From the NCBI GenBank assembly GCA_041650335.1, contig JBAZLK010000003.1, positions 1-55,764 of the forward strand: 55,764 nt of DNA. The letters are read 5' to 3'. Positions 25,742 to 37,500 of this stretch are shown here, in pieces. Source of the DNA: Patescibacteria group bacterium. Its GTDB lineage: Bacteria > Patescibacteriota > Patescibacteriia > JAHIZJ01. The position numbers and the translations under genes were made by a program. The notes below the pieces were generated by a model. The model saw only the letters and a program-made list of their open reading frames with translations, was not told where the DNA came from and searched no databases. The stretch's first letter is position 1. Each line of letters starts with the position of its first letter.

Positions 25742-28540
25742 TTACAATGGCACCATTTCGGATCCGGGCGCCGGCTGATCGGGTCCTCTATTTGTTACCG
25801 TTTTATCGATTTCGGACAACTCTCTGTTAATTTGCTCTAAGCGATCTTGGGAATTTTGACCGCCGGGCTCGCCGCTCGGACCGACGTAGCTCTTCAAGGC
25901 GTCGACAAATAAATCATACCGGTCAAGATTATGCTTAATGTAGACATCGTCCTGTTTATAATTTTCAAAACTCCCGATTGCTTTTTGGCTTTTTTCATCC
26001 ATTTCATCCCAATGTTTTCGCCGCGTCGCTTCGTTGTGTCCGGCGTATGTCCGCTGAACGTTTTGCCGCACGATTGCATTTTCACCCTCAAGTAGGTCAC
26101 TGTTTGACTTCACCATATGATAGGCCGTGCTCGGGTTAAACCGGTTATTGGCCATGAGTTTGATAAAGGAAGCCCACTTTTCCGACAATTGCTGGACGCC
26201 ATAGGCGGTCAGCCGGGCGTAGCGTCCCTTCGTCGGATCATTTGGATCGAAATGCCGCTCTTCCATAAAGGCCAAACGGTTGCCTTGACGAATGAGGTTT
26301 TCAAAATCGCGCTTGCCCATTTCAACGTTGACCCGCGCCTGTTGTTCGCTTTTGCCGCGTTGATAAAACGTACCGTCGCTCCGCATGCCGTTAGCCTGAC
26401 CAATGTTCCAGTGATTGGTCGACTCAGCCATATTGCTGACGTCATTTTCCAGCGCCAAAGCCGCTTGTTTATCATCATGCAATTGCTTCATGAGAACGTC
26501 GCGGAAAAACGCATGCGCACCATGGATACTATCGGGTAAATATTCGCCTTTCTTTACGACGGCCGCTCCCTTGCCTTCCCAATGTTCGGGGTTAAAGCCA
26601 TGTTCGGCAATGTAGGCGTCCCGTTCCTTTTCGTCCATGAAGCCGCCAGCATGAACCTTTTTTCCATCCGCGTCAACGCCGCCCATATGTTCATAATAAT
26701 TGTCCGATGAACGAGCAGCGTACATCATCGCCTCATTTTCATGGCCGACCCGCGCCGCTTGCAACATGATTGCCCGGACCGCCGATAAATCGCCACGCGC
26801 CACCGCGCCTTGGATTAATGAGATTAATTCTTCTTCGTTGGTCGTGGCATATTTCTTTGATTCCTCGCTATCAGCCGCCCGACGCATCTGTTGCCCCATA
26901 AAATCACGCGGTTTATACGCTTCCCAGCCGGCCACCTGTTCTTTCAAATTCTGCACGGCGGCTCTTTGGGCATTATATTCCGGATGTTCCGATTCCGCCT
27001 GGGCCAACGCCTCATCATCACTCATGCCACCAGCTCTTAATTCTTCTGCCCGGCGTTGAATGTCGTCTTCAGTTCCACGCAGATGATCCTGGGCTTCGCT
27101 CAACTGGCCTTCTTTACGCTTTTGGAAGGGTTCGCGCACCCAGGCCTTAATCCCTTTATTATAGAACAATCCCTGCATGTACGTTTCGGCAAATCCCGGC
27201 GCGCCAGCCGCTGTCAGTGGCGTCCAGAGCCGACCTTGTCGCAACCGCTCGTCGGCAAAAATATTCCCTTCGCGTTCCTCTCGAGCACGTTTCCGTTGCA
27301 AACCTGCTTTTAAGTTGTTATAAATATTCGCCGGATTCAGCTCGAGACCTTTACCAACACGTTGAAAACGCGTACCGGGTATCGACAGCGCGCCGGATTT
27401 AATTTTACGCGCTCCCCAGCCATACGCGGTTCCCGGCGCCCGAGCCAGCCACGCACCCGTGGCCGCCGCCATCCCGCCAGCCACCTTTGACCCCAGCCCG
27501 CTCCCAATCGTCCGCGTCTGCTGGGCAGCCATGACGGCGGCGTACAGCAAACCAATGGTCACAAAATAACTCATTAAATTGTCCGAAGTCGACATTTCCG
27601 AGATACCCGCGGCTAAACCGGTTGATTCCTGGCCTGCCTCGACGAACGCTCGCGTGCCCTCGGGTATGCCCTGCGTGATCTCCCGACCGACATTGCCTGG
27701 ATTTGTCGCCATAACCGCCATTGCCAGCCATAGATAAAAAGCGATAATTGGCCCAACCGTCACGTAATTACCGAACGTACTCCACCACTGGGTAGCCGCC
27801 TTCTTCAACGGACTAATCATTTCCCCAAGATAGGCCAGGGGCGACAGTACCACTAGGATCCAGAGCACGATGATCCGGCCGAGTAAAATAAAGATGATCA
27901 TGAGCACGGCGCCGATCATGAATAACAACAAGAAGATGCCAAGAGCGACGGCGGCGAATGCCTCGCCGACACTGGCGATCGCGCCCGTATCAGTTTCCTG
28001 AGCAAACATGAGCACCTTCTGCAGCCCGCTCGACGTTGTTAGATTCGCGGCGGCGGCATCGGCGAAACGCGAGGTAAAGGTATTCATGATGACCTGGCAC
28101 AGATCGATGAAAAAGCCGGCGATCGTCTTTGAAAAGTTCAGCAAGAACGCCATGATAATAAACTTCGGCAGGGTGCGTTTATAATGATAGCTCTCGATCC
28201 GCAGCACAGTGCCCCAAGAAATAGCCAGCAGGATCAGAACGAGGAAGACATTGCACATGTCGCGCACCACCACCCAGCCTTTATCAACCGCCGTTGTGTG
28301 GACAAAGTTATTAAACTGGACAAACGCCAGCATGATGTTGATCAGGACAACCAGGAGCTTCCCGAGCAGCGAGAGGATCATAAAGAACGGATAGGTCACC
28401 CACATCAGGATCCGATCGGTGATGCCCATCGCGGCGTGGATCGGCGTCCAGGTCACGAGAATACCGGCCAGCACGAAAATGCAGACGATCAGAATCGTGA
28501 GGCGCTGGGTTTTTCTTGTGGGTTGAAAGTTGATTTTCAT
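25742..28540 (-). CDS. Polytopic membrane protein (possible TrbL/VirB6-like N-terminal domain) with ~580-aa soluble C-terminal region
   Basis: 932 aa. About 7-8 TM helices in the first ~340 aa, with LLNFSKTIAGFFIDLCQVIMNTF reminiscent of TrbL/VirB6-type proteins (tentative). The remainder is charged and helical with no recognised domain. Confidence 0.7.
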   Translation of the reverse strand: MKINFQPTRKTQRLTILIVCIFVLAGILVTWTPIHAAMGITDRILMWVTYPFFMILSLLGKLLVVLINIMLAFVQFNNFVHTTAVDKGWVVVRDMCNVFLVLILLAISWGTVLRIESYHYKRTLPKFIIMAFLLNFSKTIAGFFIDLCQVIMNTFTSRFADAAAANLTTSSGLQKVLMFAQETDTGAIASVGEAFAAVALGIFLLLFMIGAVLMIIFILLGRIIVLWILVVLSPLAYLGEMISPLKKAATQWWSTFGNYVTVGPIIAFYLWLAMAVMATNPGNVGREITQGIPEGTRAFVEAGQESTGLAAGISEMSTSDNLMSYFVTIGLLYAAVMAAQQTRTIGSGLGSKVAGGMAAATGAWLARAPGTAYGWGARKIKSGALSIPGTRFQRVGKGLELNPANIYNNLKAGLQRKRAREEREGNIFADERLRQGRLWTPLTAAGAPGFAETYMQGLFYNKGIKAWVREPFQKRKEGQLSEAQDHLRGTEDDIQRRAEELRAGGMSDDEALAQAESEHPEYNAQRAAVQNLKEQVAGWEAYKPRDFMGQQMRRAADSEESKKYATTNEEELISLIQGAVARGDLSAVRAIMLQAARVGHENEAMMYAARSSDNYYEHMGGVDADGKKVHAGGFMDEKERDAYIAEHGFNPEHWEGKGAAVVKKGEYLPDSIHGAHAFFRDVLMKQLHDDKQAALALENDVSNMAESTNHWNIGQANGMRSDGTFYQRGKSEQQARVNVEMGKRDFENLIRQGNRLAFMEERHFDPNDPTKGRYARLTAYGVQQLSEKWASFIKLMANNRFNPSTAYHMVKSNSDLLEGENAIVRQNVQRTYAGHNEATRRKHWDEMDEKSQKAIGSFENYKQDDVYIKHNLDRYDLFVDALKSYVGPSGEPGGQNSQDRLEQINRELSEIDKTVTNRGPDQPAPGSEMVPL

Positions 28541-28566
28541 TATTTGCCGATGAATCGACGTCTTCG

Positions 28567-31500
28567 TTATTGCGTGATCACGATACTGCCATCAAAAAGG
28601 CTATTGCAGTATGCACCCGCGCCCTGACACTGCCCCTGATTCTGACAGATGCTCAGCGGAGTAGTGCCGCCGCGACAGGCGCCCACGCAGGTACCACCGC
28701 CACAGTTCTGATCGCTCGAACAATCAGCGCCTGTGTTGTCGCAATACCCGCTGCCCTTGTCCCAATTATCTTCAACAAAGACACGGACATAGCAGGTATC
28801 GGGACCGCCGCCGGCTGCTCCGCAATCTCCATAGGTATAGTCATGCGTCAAGGTATGATACGGCCCATTCGGGTCTGACCGCGGCGGGATACCGGGATTC
28901 TTTGGAAATGATTCCCAGTGGTTATTCCCCCAGTCAACAACAAACTTCTTGATCGGCATTTGCTCGGGATCGACCATGGAATTGAAGGTGACTGTGGCCG
29001 TGCCTGACCCATTCTTGATTTGCACCGGTCCGGTCCGGCCGTTGATCTTAATATTGAATACCGTTGGTTGCGCCCAGCAGAAATCAAACGGAAAGCCGGT
29101 GATGTCGTTCGGCCGATTATCCGACAGACCGCCTGAACCATTATGGACTTTGCATTGCTCCATCGCATTAAAGGCATTTGTATAGGCGGCTTTAAACGAA
29201 TTCAGGCTGAGGTCTGGCTCATACTTGGCCTCGGTCGGGTCTGGCGCCGAATCAGGCAAGCCGTTGCAATATTGTAGTTGTTTGCTTTGGCCATGCTGCG
29301 CTTGGATATGGCCGAGCGTGCAATTATCACCCGATCGGATGCCGCCTTCGCATTCCCAGTCGGCACATTCAGCGACACCGTTCGTACACGCACCAGGCAC
29401 TTCACAACAATCGGTTGCGTCTTGGCCGACCCGACATGGATTGCCGAGTAGATCGCCGCCCGTGCAAATACCGTTGTATTGGATACATGACCCGCCGGAA
29501 ATACCCGTGCAATTTGAGTCAGAGGCACAGGCTTGGCCGCACCAATAGCCGCAACCGGGTGGATTGCCGTTTTCATTCCAACCGCAGATCGCCTCGGCGC
29601 AAGAGCCTTCAGGGCAATCCCCCTGTCCTGAGCACGGTCGTCCGGCGTTAGTGCCACCGACGCAGACTTTATCAACACAGGAACTCCCAACCTCGCATGA
29701 GCCGTTTCCGCAGTTGGCGCCGCTGCCGCTGCATCGTTCCTTCTCTTCGCAAACCCCACCGTTACATACGCCGGCGTCACAACGGGCGTTATTTAAGCGG
29801 CAAATATCGGCATTAGCAATGCAGTTTTGTCCGCCCGGACAATAATTTGCCGGCTGATTATTCGAGGCACACAACGTACCCGCCGGGTTCCCGCTGCAGA
29901 CGCCGTCGGCGCAGAAGCCGCTTCGGCAGTCGCATTGGCCGATCGCGTCGTAGGTACATTTTAAGTTGATATTACAGGAATACCCGGCCGGGCAGGCCTT
30001 GGCCGGCAAACACGTGACGGTATGATCGCCAGAACAACGATCCCGGTTCCAACAAACCTGCGCGGGGTTTGCAAATAAACACAGAATACCGGCATTGCAA
30101 TCCGCATCTTGTATGCATTGCGTACCCGGATAATCACCAAAACCGTCGACATTATTATCACAATACTTGGAACAATTTTGTCCGGCATTGCAATCCAAGC
30201 CAGTATCTTTGCAGATTGAGACACTGGCACAGCTACCAATATTCGGACAATCGCAGGCTGCCGGGAGGTTCGATACGCACTTCTTCAGCGCACCTTGTAT
30301 CAAACACGACGAACCGGTCGGACAATTGTTGGCAATGTTGCACTGATCACTGCCGGCGTCTGCTCCACCGACGCACCGTTGGGCGACACAGGCGTTGCCG
30401 CCGCCCGGGCAGGCACCGAGACCGCACGGTATCGTCGGGTCATTGCTGCAGCGCTGGCTCATCTCGCAGACTTCGCCCGGCGCACAGCCGCACGGCGTCA
30501 TCGGACTTGGGTTGTCCGGGTCATTGCTAATACAGAGCTGACCTGAACATACGCCGTCGCCGATATTACACTCATCGTTGTTTTCACACCCAGTTCCTCT
30601 GAACGGGTATTGCGGATCATTGGCCTTGAAGCAGCCCATCGTCGTGATATCGACGCATTTGCCGTCAGACCATACCCAGACGCCGTAAACATCAGCGAAG
30701 ATCCGCTGGATGCGTCGCAATCCTAAACCTCCGCCCGTGGCCGTGTAATTCGTCGGCGGCTGGTTCGGTGGCGGCGGTTCACCCGGAGTTAACGGGCCGC
30801 TGAATTGTTCCGTCGCTGTATAGCGATTTGGGAAGACGTCATCGCAAATAGTTATTTCCGACCGGTCATAACGGAAGCCGGTCCACCAGCCCCAGCTATA
30901 CAACCGTTTATTGGCTTTGTGCTTGCATGAATATGGAACGCCAGCGCGCGGATAGCTAAGATAGTCAACCTCGTCAAAGCCGTGTTCTACACCCCGGTAC
31001 GGCGTCCAGCCCCAGTCCTGAGCGAAGGGCGAGAATGAACCCCCGCCTGTTTGCTGCTGCGGATCCCACCAGAGATAGATGATCGGTTGGTATTTCGAGC
31101 CCAGGTCCTTGGTCATTTCATACGGATTGCCCCAGACTGACGTGTAGTCCGTATCCCAGGTCGCCGGGTCGCCCGGTACGTTGGTCACATTATTCCCGGC
31201 ATGGCCAACTGAACCCGGGTAGGTCAAACTGCCGTATGGATTTGCATCATCGTTAAAGGTAACGCCAAGATCCCAAATCTGGGAGTAATTTCCTTTTATC
31301 CGCTCGGCCCAGGCCTTGTTCTGTCCGCTCGGATCGACTGTCTGACCGATCACATCACAGCGGTATGCGAGCACCTCGCCGATGTTTCCCGGCCAGGCTT
31401 CGCCGAGATGATTATGGCTTAGCCAACCGTCAAACGGTTGCCAAACACCCGGCGCAATTGGATTGAGTCCGTTTTGGTGGTTTGAATCCCACCAGTTATA

Positions 31501-34500
31501 CTGGAGGTTCTCACCGCCGCCGCCGCTGTGTGACCAGTATTCGCAGACATCAGAATCCGGTATTTCGTTCGGCACGCAGACATATAGGCATTTGTCCTGA
31601 TGGCCGCCGCCGCGGATGGCTTTTTCACAGAGCTTGCGATGATAGCCGAGCTCTTCGCAGGAATAGTGATTAGCATAATTGCAATTGCCATTGGAGAGAC
31701 CGTACGGCCGCCGGAACTCGTAGAACGATCCTTGGAGGCAGTAGTAGAGCGGCGCATCGCCAAAATAGCCGACCAGCTGATCCGTATCATCGGCTTCGCC
31801 GGAAATGACGTCAACCGGCCACCACTGCAGACAGATACTGCGGTTTTTCGGGTCGGTTTCGAGGCAGTAGCCTTTCCAGCCGCGATAAATCTTCCGCGCC
31901 GTACCGGTGGTCTTGGTATAGTCGCATGACAATGAGTTTGACTCCGGATAGAGCCGGCACGACCTGACCACAAAACGGGGATCGTTTGGAAGCTCGGGCG
32001 GCATCTGCGTGGATTTCTTTTCCAGCAAGGTCTGGAACATCACGTCATCCACCTGGAATTTTTGCAGTCCGGCGTTTCCACCCGCGTCCACAATACTGAG
32101 ATAGGTATTTTTAAATACCCCGTTGACAACCATCGCATTGCCAAGCGGCAAGGTAAAGATCTGCCAATTCATCGTGGCCGTAACCGTGCCAAAAATCTGA
32201 CACGGTCCCGCATCATCGTTATAGCAAAGCTGAACTTTTATCTTCGAATCTTGATCCGCTCGCAATTTCAGACTAATGACCAGCGGCTGGTTATCAAATA
32301 TGAGTGAATCGAGATTGATCTTCGCTCCCGAATCAGCGCCGGTCAAACCGCCCACCTCCATCACCCAGTTCTGTTTTGTCGGATCAAGCGGGTCTTCGAC
32401 CGCCTTCAGGGCGTTCGGCGGGTTGATGTTCCGCGGCTCCCAGGGCGAGGAGTTCTTAAACTGAAAGTCGTAATTCGGCAAATTCATACCAATGCCGATT
32501 TCTTGCATTGACCCGGTTGGGTAATACCCGTGGATGACCTGACAGACATTAGTCTCGCCGACACACTGATCGCAATAGGTCGGATTATTGAGATCGCACG
32601 CCGTATTATTTGGGCAAACGCCGCCGGGACAGTCGTCTGGTACCTGGCAGAGCATGCCATCCTTATCGCCGCCCTGACAGATGCCGTCGCGCCAGCAGAC
32701 CGTGTTTGAGTCTTCGCTGCACCGCCAATTATAGCCGACCCGCGCGTAGCCTGAATAATTTACGGAGTTGTCAACTTCCGTTTTATGATCAAATGTCAGA
32801 TCGGTCGGGTGCGCCGGCGGCGAAACCAGTCGATTCATATACTCGACGGTCGGGGTGGCATTTTCAAATTTCGGCGTTCGAATGCAATGAGAGGTCAAAC
32901 CACAATCGGCATCGATGAGACAGGGTCGAGAGGGATCGTTTTCACATTGCCCTTCACCGACCGGCTTGATGCACTGGCCGGACGTGCCGAGCTGACGACA
33001 GTTCCCGATATCATAACAGGTTAGTTCCTTCGAACCGTCGCTTTTCTCCACTTCGTAGCTCGTCTTGCAGTACAACCACTGATTACAGACCCGATCACGA
33101 TCAACTTTATAGACGCTGTTGGAATCGGCCGTGCATCCACCGCCGCCCGCGCACGTCTCCGGCGTTCCTCGGTTTGTATCCAGTTTCGCGTATGTTAAAT
33201 CGCTATCATAGGTAAGACCCTGTGAATTGGTGGTGTCGTTGAATAGCATGCACCCTTCATCTTTATTGACCACGCCAGCGCAACTCGCCGAGTCAAGCGT
33301 ATTATCAATATAATAGTAAGGTTGGCAGCCAGACAGATACTCGGGCGGGAGGGCGTCGTTCTGATAGGGCCGGCACTGTTGATCCGTCCGGTAAAACTCG
33401 CCCTGGTCGTTGTACTCAGCCCGGCAATTTGCGTTGCAGCCTTGGAAAACACAGGTGCTTTGAGGACAGTCAGCGTTGATTTTACAATTCTGCCCTCCGT
33501 TCGGGCCAGCTAAACAGACGCCGTCTGGCGTTACTTTATCTGGTGACGGCGTTTGGGGATCGCGATACTCACTGCAACCGCTGGCGCCATTTTGACATTT
33601 ACCAACCCAATACTCGGTACATTTCTGACCGGCTGGACACTGGCCATCGTCTTGGCATATCTTTTCTGCACAATAGCCGTCATTCGAGCTGTTCGCGTCG
33701 GCACAGCCATATGCGGCATCGTTTGGATCGGCGTCAGAATCGCAGGCTTGCCCGGCGCGTATTCCGCCATAACAGACTTCCGTCAAGTCGGAGCATAGGC
33801 CGTCGTTATTGCCGCTCGCCTGATCACAGCCATAGAGCGGATCTTTCGGATCAACTTGCGAATTGCATTTTTCTCCGGCCCGATAGCCGCCACGGCACGT
33901 CTCTTGCAGCCGCGGTCCACAGACCTTCGTTGGCATCGGCGATTCTGGATATTGCTCGCAGAGGCCACCGTTACATGAGGCCAGATCCCCCGGACCGAAG
34001 CACGCCGCGCCCGGATTATTTCCGCCAATACAGGAGTATTTTTGGACGGGACAGAATTTATCCGTTCCGCTCTTCAGCCAGGTATCATAAACCTCGCCTT
34101 GATATTTGAGACTCTTACGGAAATCGCAGACTTGGGCGTTCGGCTGCTTAAATTGCGTATAACTTCCGGAATCAGCGCCAATTTGGAATTGATCGCAGAA
34201 TGTTTCTTCTTTCGTACAGAGTGTTTGGTCGTACTCGTCGGGATTATTGATGAGATAGGTCGTCTTGAATTTCGTGACCCGGCCTTCCACGTCAAAACTC
34301 GGCAAACCAAGGCCTTCGCAACCCTTCGCCTTGGCTTGGCATTTATACTTCGCCGCGTTGACGACCGGCCGGACATTGTCCGCTTCTACTTTTACGCCTT
34401 TGTCTGCCGGCTCATAGGGGAAAGCTGTGGTCGAGTTGTGCGTTTCAATAGCGGCGGTACAGCCGACTTTCTCGGGCCGACAGAGATTCGTGAAGCTCTG

Positions 34501-37500
34501 AATATATTGATCGTTCCCTTCGCTGTCCGTATAGAGCGAGCAACCAACCCATTGGGCTGGGCATTCCTGATAGGTTTTGTACCGGAGATAAACGCTATCG
34601 CGGGTTTCCCAAACCGTAATATTATCAATAAAGAAGCCGGCGCCCGCTTCGATCGTCAGTACCTCGGCCGGGTCAGGCGCGCCAACAAAATGGGCAGGGC
34701 CGAGAACATAATGATTCCAATTCTCGTTGGTCGCAGTCACGCCAGCAACCGGCACAAAGTTTACTGCCGGGTTCGGTCCAAATTTCACCGTGATCTGGGC
34801 ATCGTCCGCTTCGGCCTTTGCCCAGAATTCAATCATGTAATCCTTGCCATCTTCAACCAGCTCACTAACAGCCGTTGACATATTGGGGGTTACCTTGGCT
34901 GAGCCGCCGCCGGCCTTGAGAGATTCCGTGCTCCAGGTGACGTTACCGGTCCAGCCGGCCGTATCGCCATCGTCAAAATTATCCGTGATGATCTTCCGAA
35001 TATTGTAACCAGTGCTCCCCCGATACTCGCGGCAGGCTGCCTGGTTAGCCGGACAGCGCACGCCCTGGTCGGGGATTGCATTATAAATTGTGTTATCGAG
35101 GGTATTCCGGAGCGGGTGGCAGTCTTCCGAACAGGTGATGGTGTTAAACATCGGGCAATAGTAGCTGTTGCCGCTCTGGTCATAGTATTGGGTGCAGCCG
35201 AAATCGTTCGGATCGCAACCGCACGCCCCGCCAGCCGTCATTTCGGGCGGTGAATTTGTGCTTCCTTTCAAATCCTCTGCGACCAGCTCAAATCCGTTGA
35301 CGTCATCGCCTTCCCAGCGATAGTAGGTCGCGCAGGTCGGATTCGGTTGTTCGCAGCGGCGGATGGCGCTGTAATACTCAAGCCCCTCGCCGCCCTGGGC
35401 GACGATATCGAGATTGGTATATTCTTCACAACCGACATAGGCCGCGTCGCAGGTTTTTCCCGTCGTGGCGATAAAAGTCGTCGATAATATTCCCGACCGG
35501 TCAACTAACGCCTGGTCAGTGCCATTTGAGACGGGCATCTGCTGATAATCTTTGCACCCGACAAATTCAGCCGGACAATAATCATCCGCGGTCACCACCG
35601 CCGGCACCTTATCGCCTTTTTCATCAGGCGTGTACATATCGCACCCGACTTCATCTACCCGGCAAGCGATCGAATCCTTCGACAAGCTGACGCTCACCTG
35701 GTCAAATTGTCCGCCGCTCAATAAAACCCTGATAAACGCCGCGTCCGGTTTATCGGCCTCAACCCCGAAGGTGACAAAATCCCATCGGCCGGTGTTTGTT
35801 TCACGCTGAGCGCGCGGATCGGCGCCAGCGACCGTCAGGTCACAGTCGGGAACCACGGCCCGGTTCTTATCACGACATTCGGTGAGGAGCGGGGTAGCGC
35901 CGCCGCCTTTCACCCAAGCCGAAACGTCATAGCGCGTACCATAGACGATCGGTACGTCCTGATATCCGCCGGAGCCGGAGTAATAATCCCCATATCCTTG
36001 CGTGGCATCGATGGCGGTACCAACCCAGCCGTCGGCTTGATGGTCGCCGGCGACATAATTGTCATTTGTGTCGTCTTTATAATAATCATGCCCGCTGTCG
36101 ATACTGAAGCTGGAATTCGAAATGTAATTTTCCGCTTTATTTTTCAAATACGCTTGATTAGCCGTGTCATACATCGCATAGGACGTGACCTCGCCCAGCT
36201 CAAGCTGAACGCCGTCAAGCGTAATCTCGCAATTCGGAAAAATTTTAAAAGCCACTTGGTTTGGATTTGAAGTCGGCGCAGGCGGATCCGTGTCGCCGAC
36301 CTCGCCAAACTGGCCGGTCACAACAACTCTCGACCAGCCGTCCGCGCTCGCCCGGTGGGAATCCAGCGGATCGACGTAATTCATCCAAGCCCCGCCGGTG
36401 TGGTTTCCGCCGATCTCAACGTGGATATTGTCACACGCGCCTTTTGCAAAGAAAGATGCGGTAAATTTCTTATGATAGACCGGCGATTCAGTGTCAAAGT
36501 AATACGCCGCCTCGCCGCTTGTCCGAACGGCGTAGGTACCATCCGTAGCATCGGTTGTTGCAAAGGTGTCACCGGCGAACTCCCATTTCCACTGCGAGTA
36601 ATCGGCCGCGAAGACGTCTGGATCGTTATCGTCGGCTGTCCCGGTAAACGTTTCAAAGCTTGAATTGGCCGCGAGATTACTCCCGGCGATAACGGGAATA
36701 TATTCCGTGCAACCACGATCACCGCTCGAGCACTTCATGACATTATTATCCAATCGGATCTGATCGCCGGCCGCGAGATAGTCAGGCTCGGCCGGATTGA
36801 CCAAATGCTCCGGGGAGCTGCAGACAAAGCCTTTTTCCTTATTATCATAATTCTGGCAGTACCATTGACAGCCGGCGTTATCCGCCGAGCAGGAATCGTG
36901 ATTGACCGTGCTCTCAATGAAAGATACTTCCTTGTTCTTTGAATCAATAAAGGTTTGGCAGGTATTTTCATAGGCCTGACAGGCGGTCCCGGAAAATCGC
37001 CAGATCGGTTTTTCCTCAGCGCAGTAGCCATAGAACAAGCAGGTGCCGTCATCGGCTTCCTGAATGCAGGTACGTTCATCGGCACAGTAGCTTCCCCGTT
37101 CAACCTGCCGCGACGGCGTGTCGCGAGAATCGATTACCCCGTCGCCGGTGGTATCATCCAGTTGGACCAGCGCATCAGCCACCAGCTGCTCGCCCGGCCC
37201 TTCTTTTTTGCAATATGTTTCGGGCGCCTTCAGCACCCAGTTTGGATCAATCAGGTGATAAAACGGATTATCTATTTGAACGCCCTGGGGATTAGTCCAT
37301 TTTTCATCATCATACAGATCGACCAGCTCTTTCAACCCAAATCCCTGGGCTGGCACAACGTAATTTTTTATATAGAGCGCGGCCGCTTCCCAGGTCGAGG
37401 GGATGACGCGATATTTACGCAGGATAACCAGGCTGCGGTAGGGATAGCCGTTGGTATATTCCGGCTCTTGTCCATTTTGATCAAAACCAAACGTGCCCGT

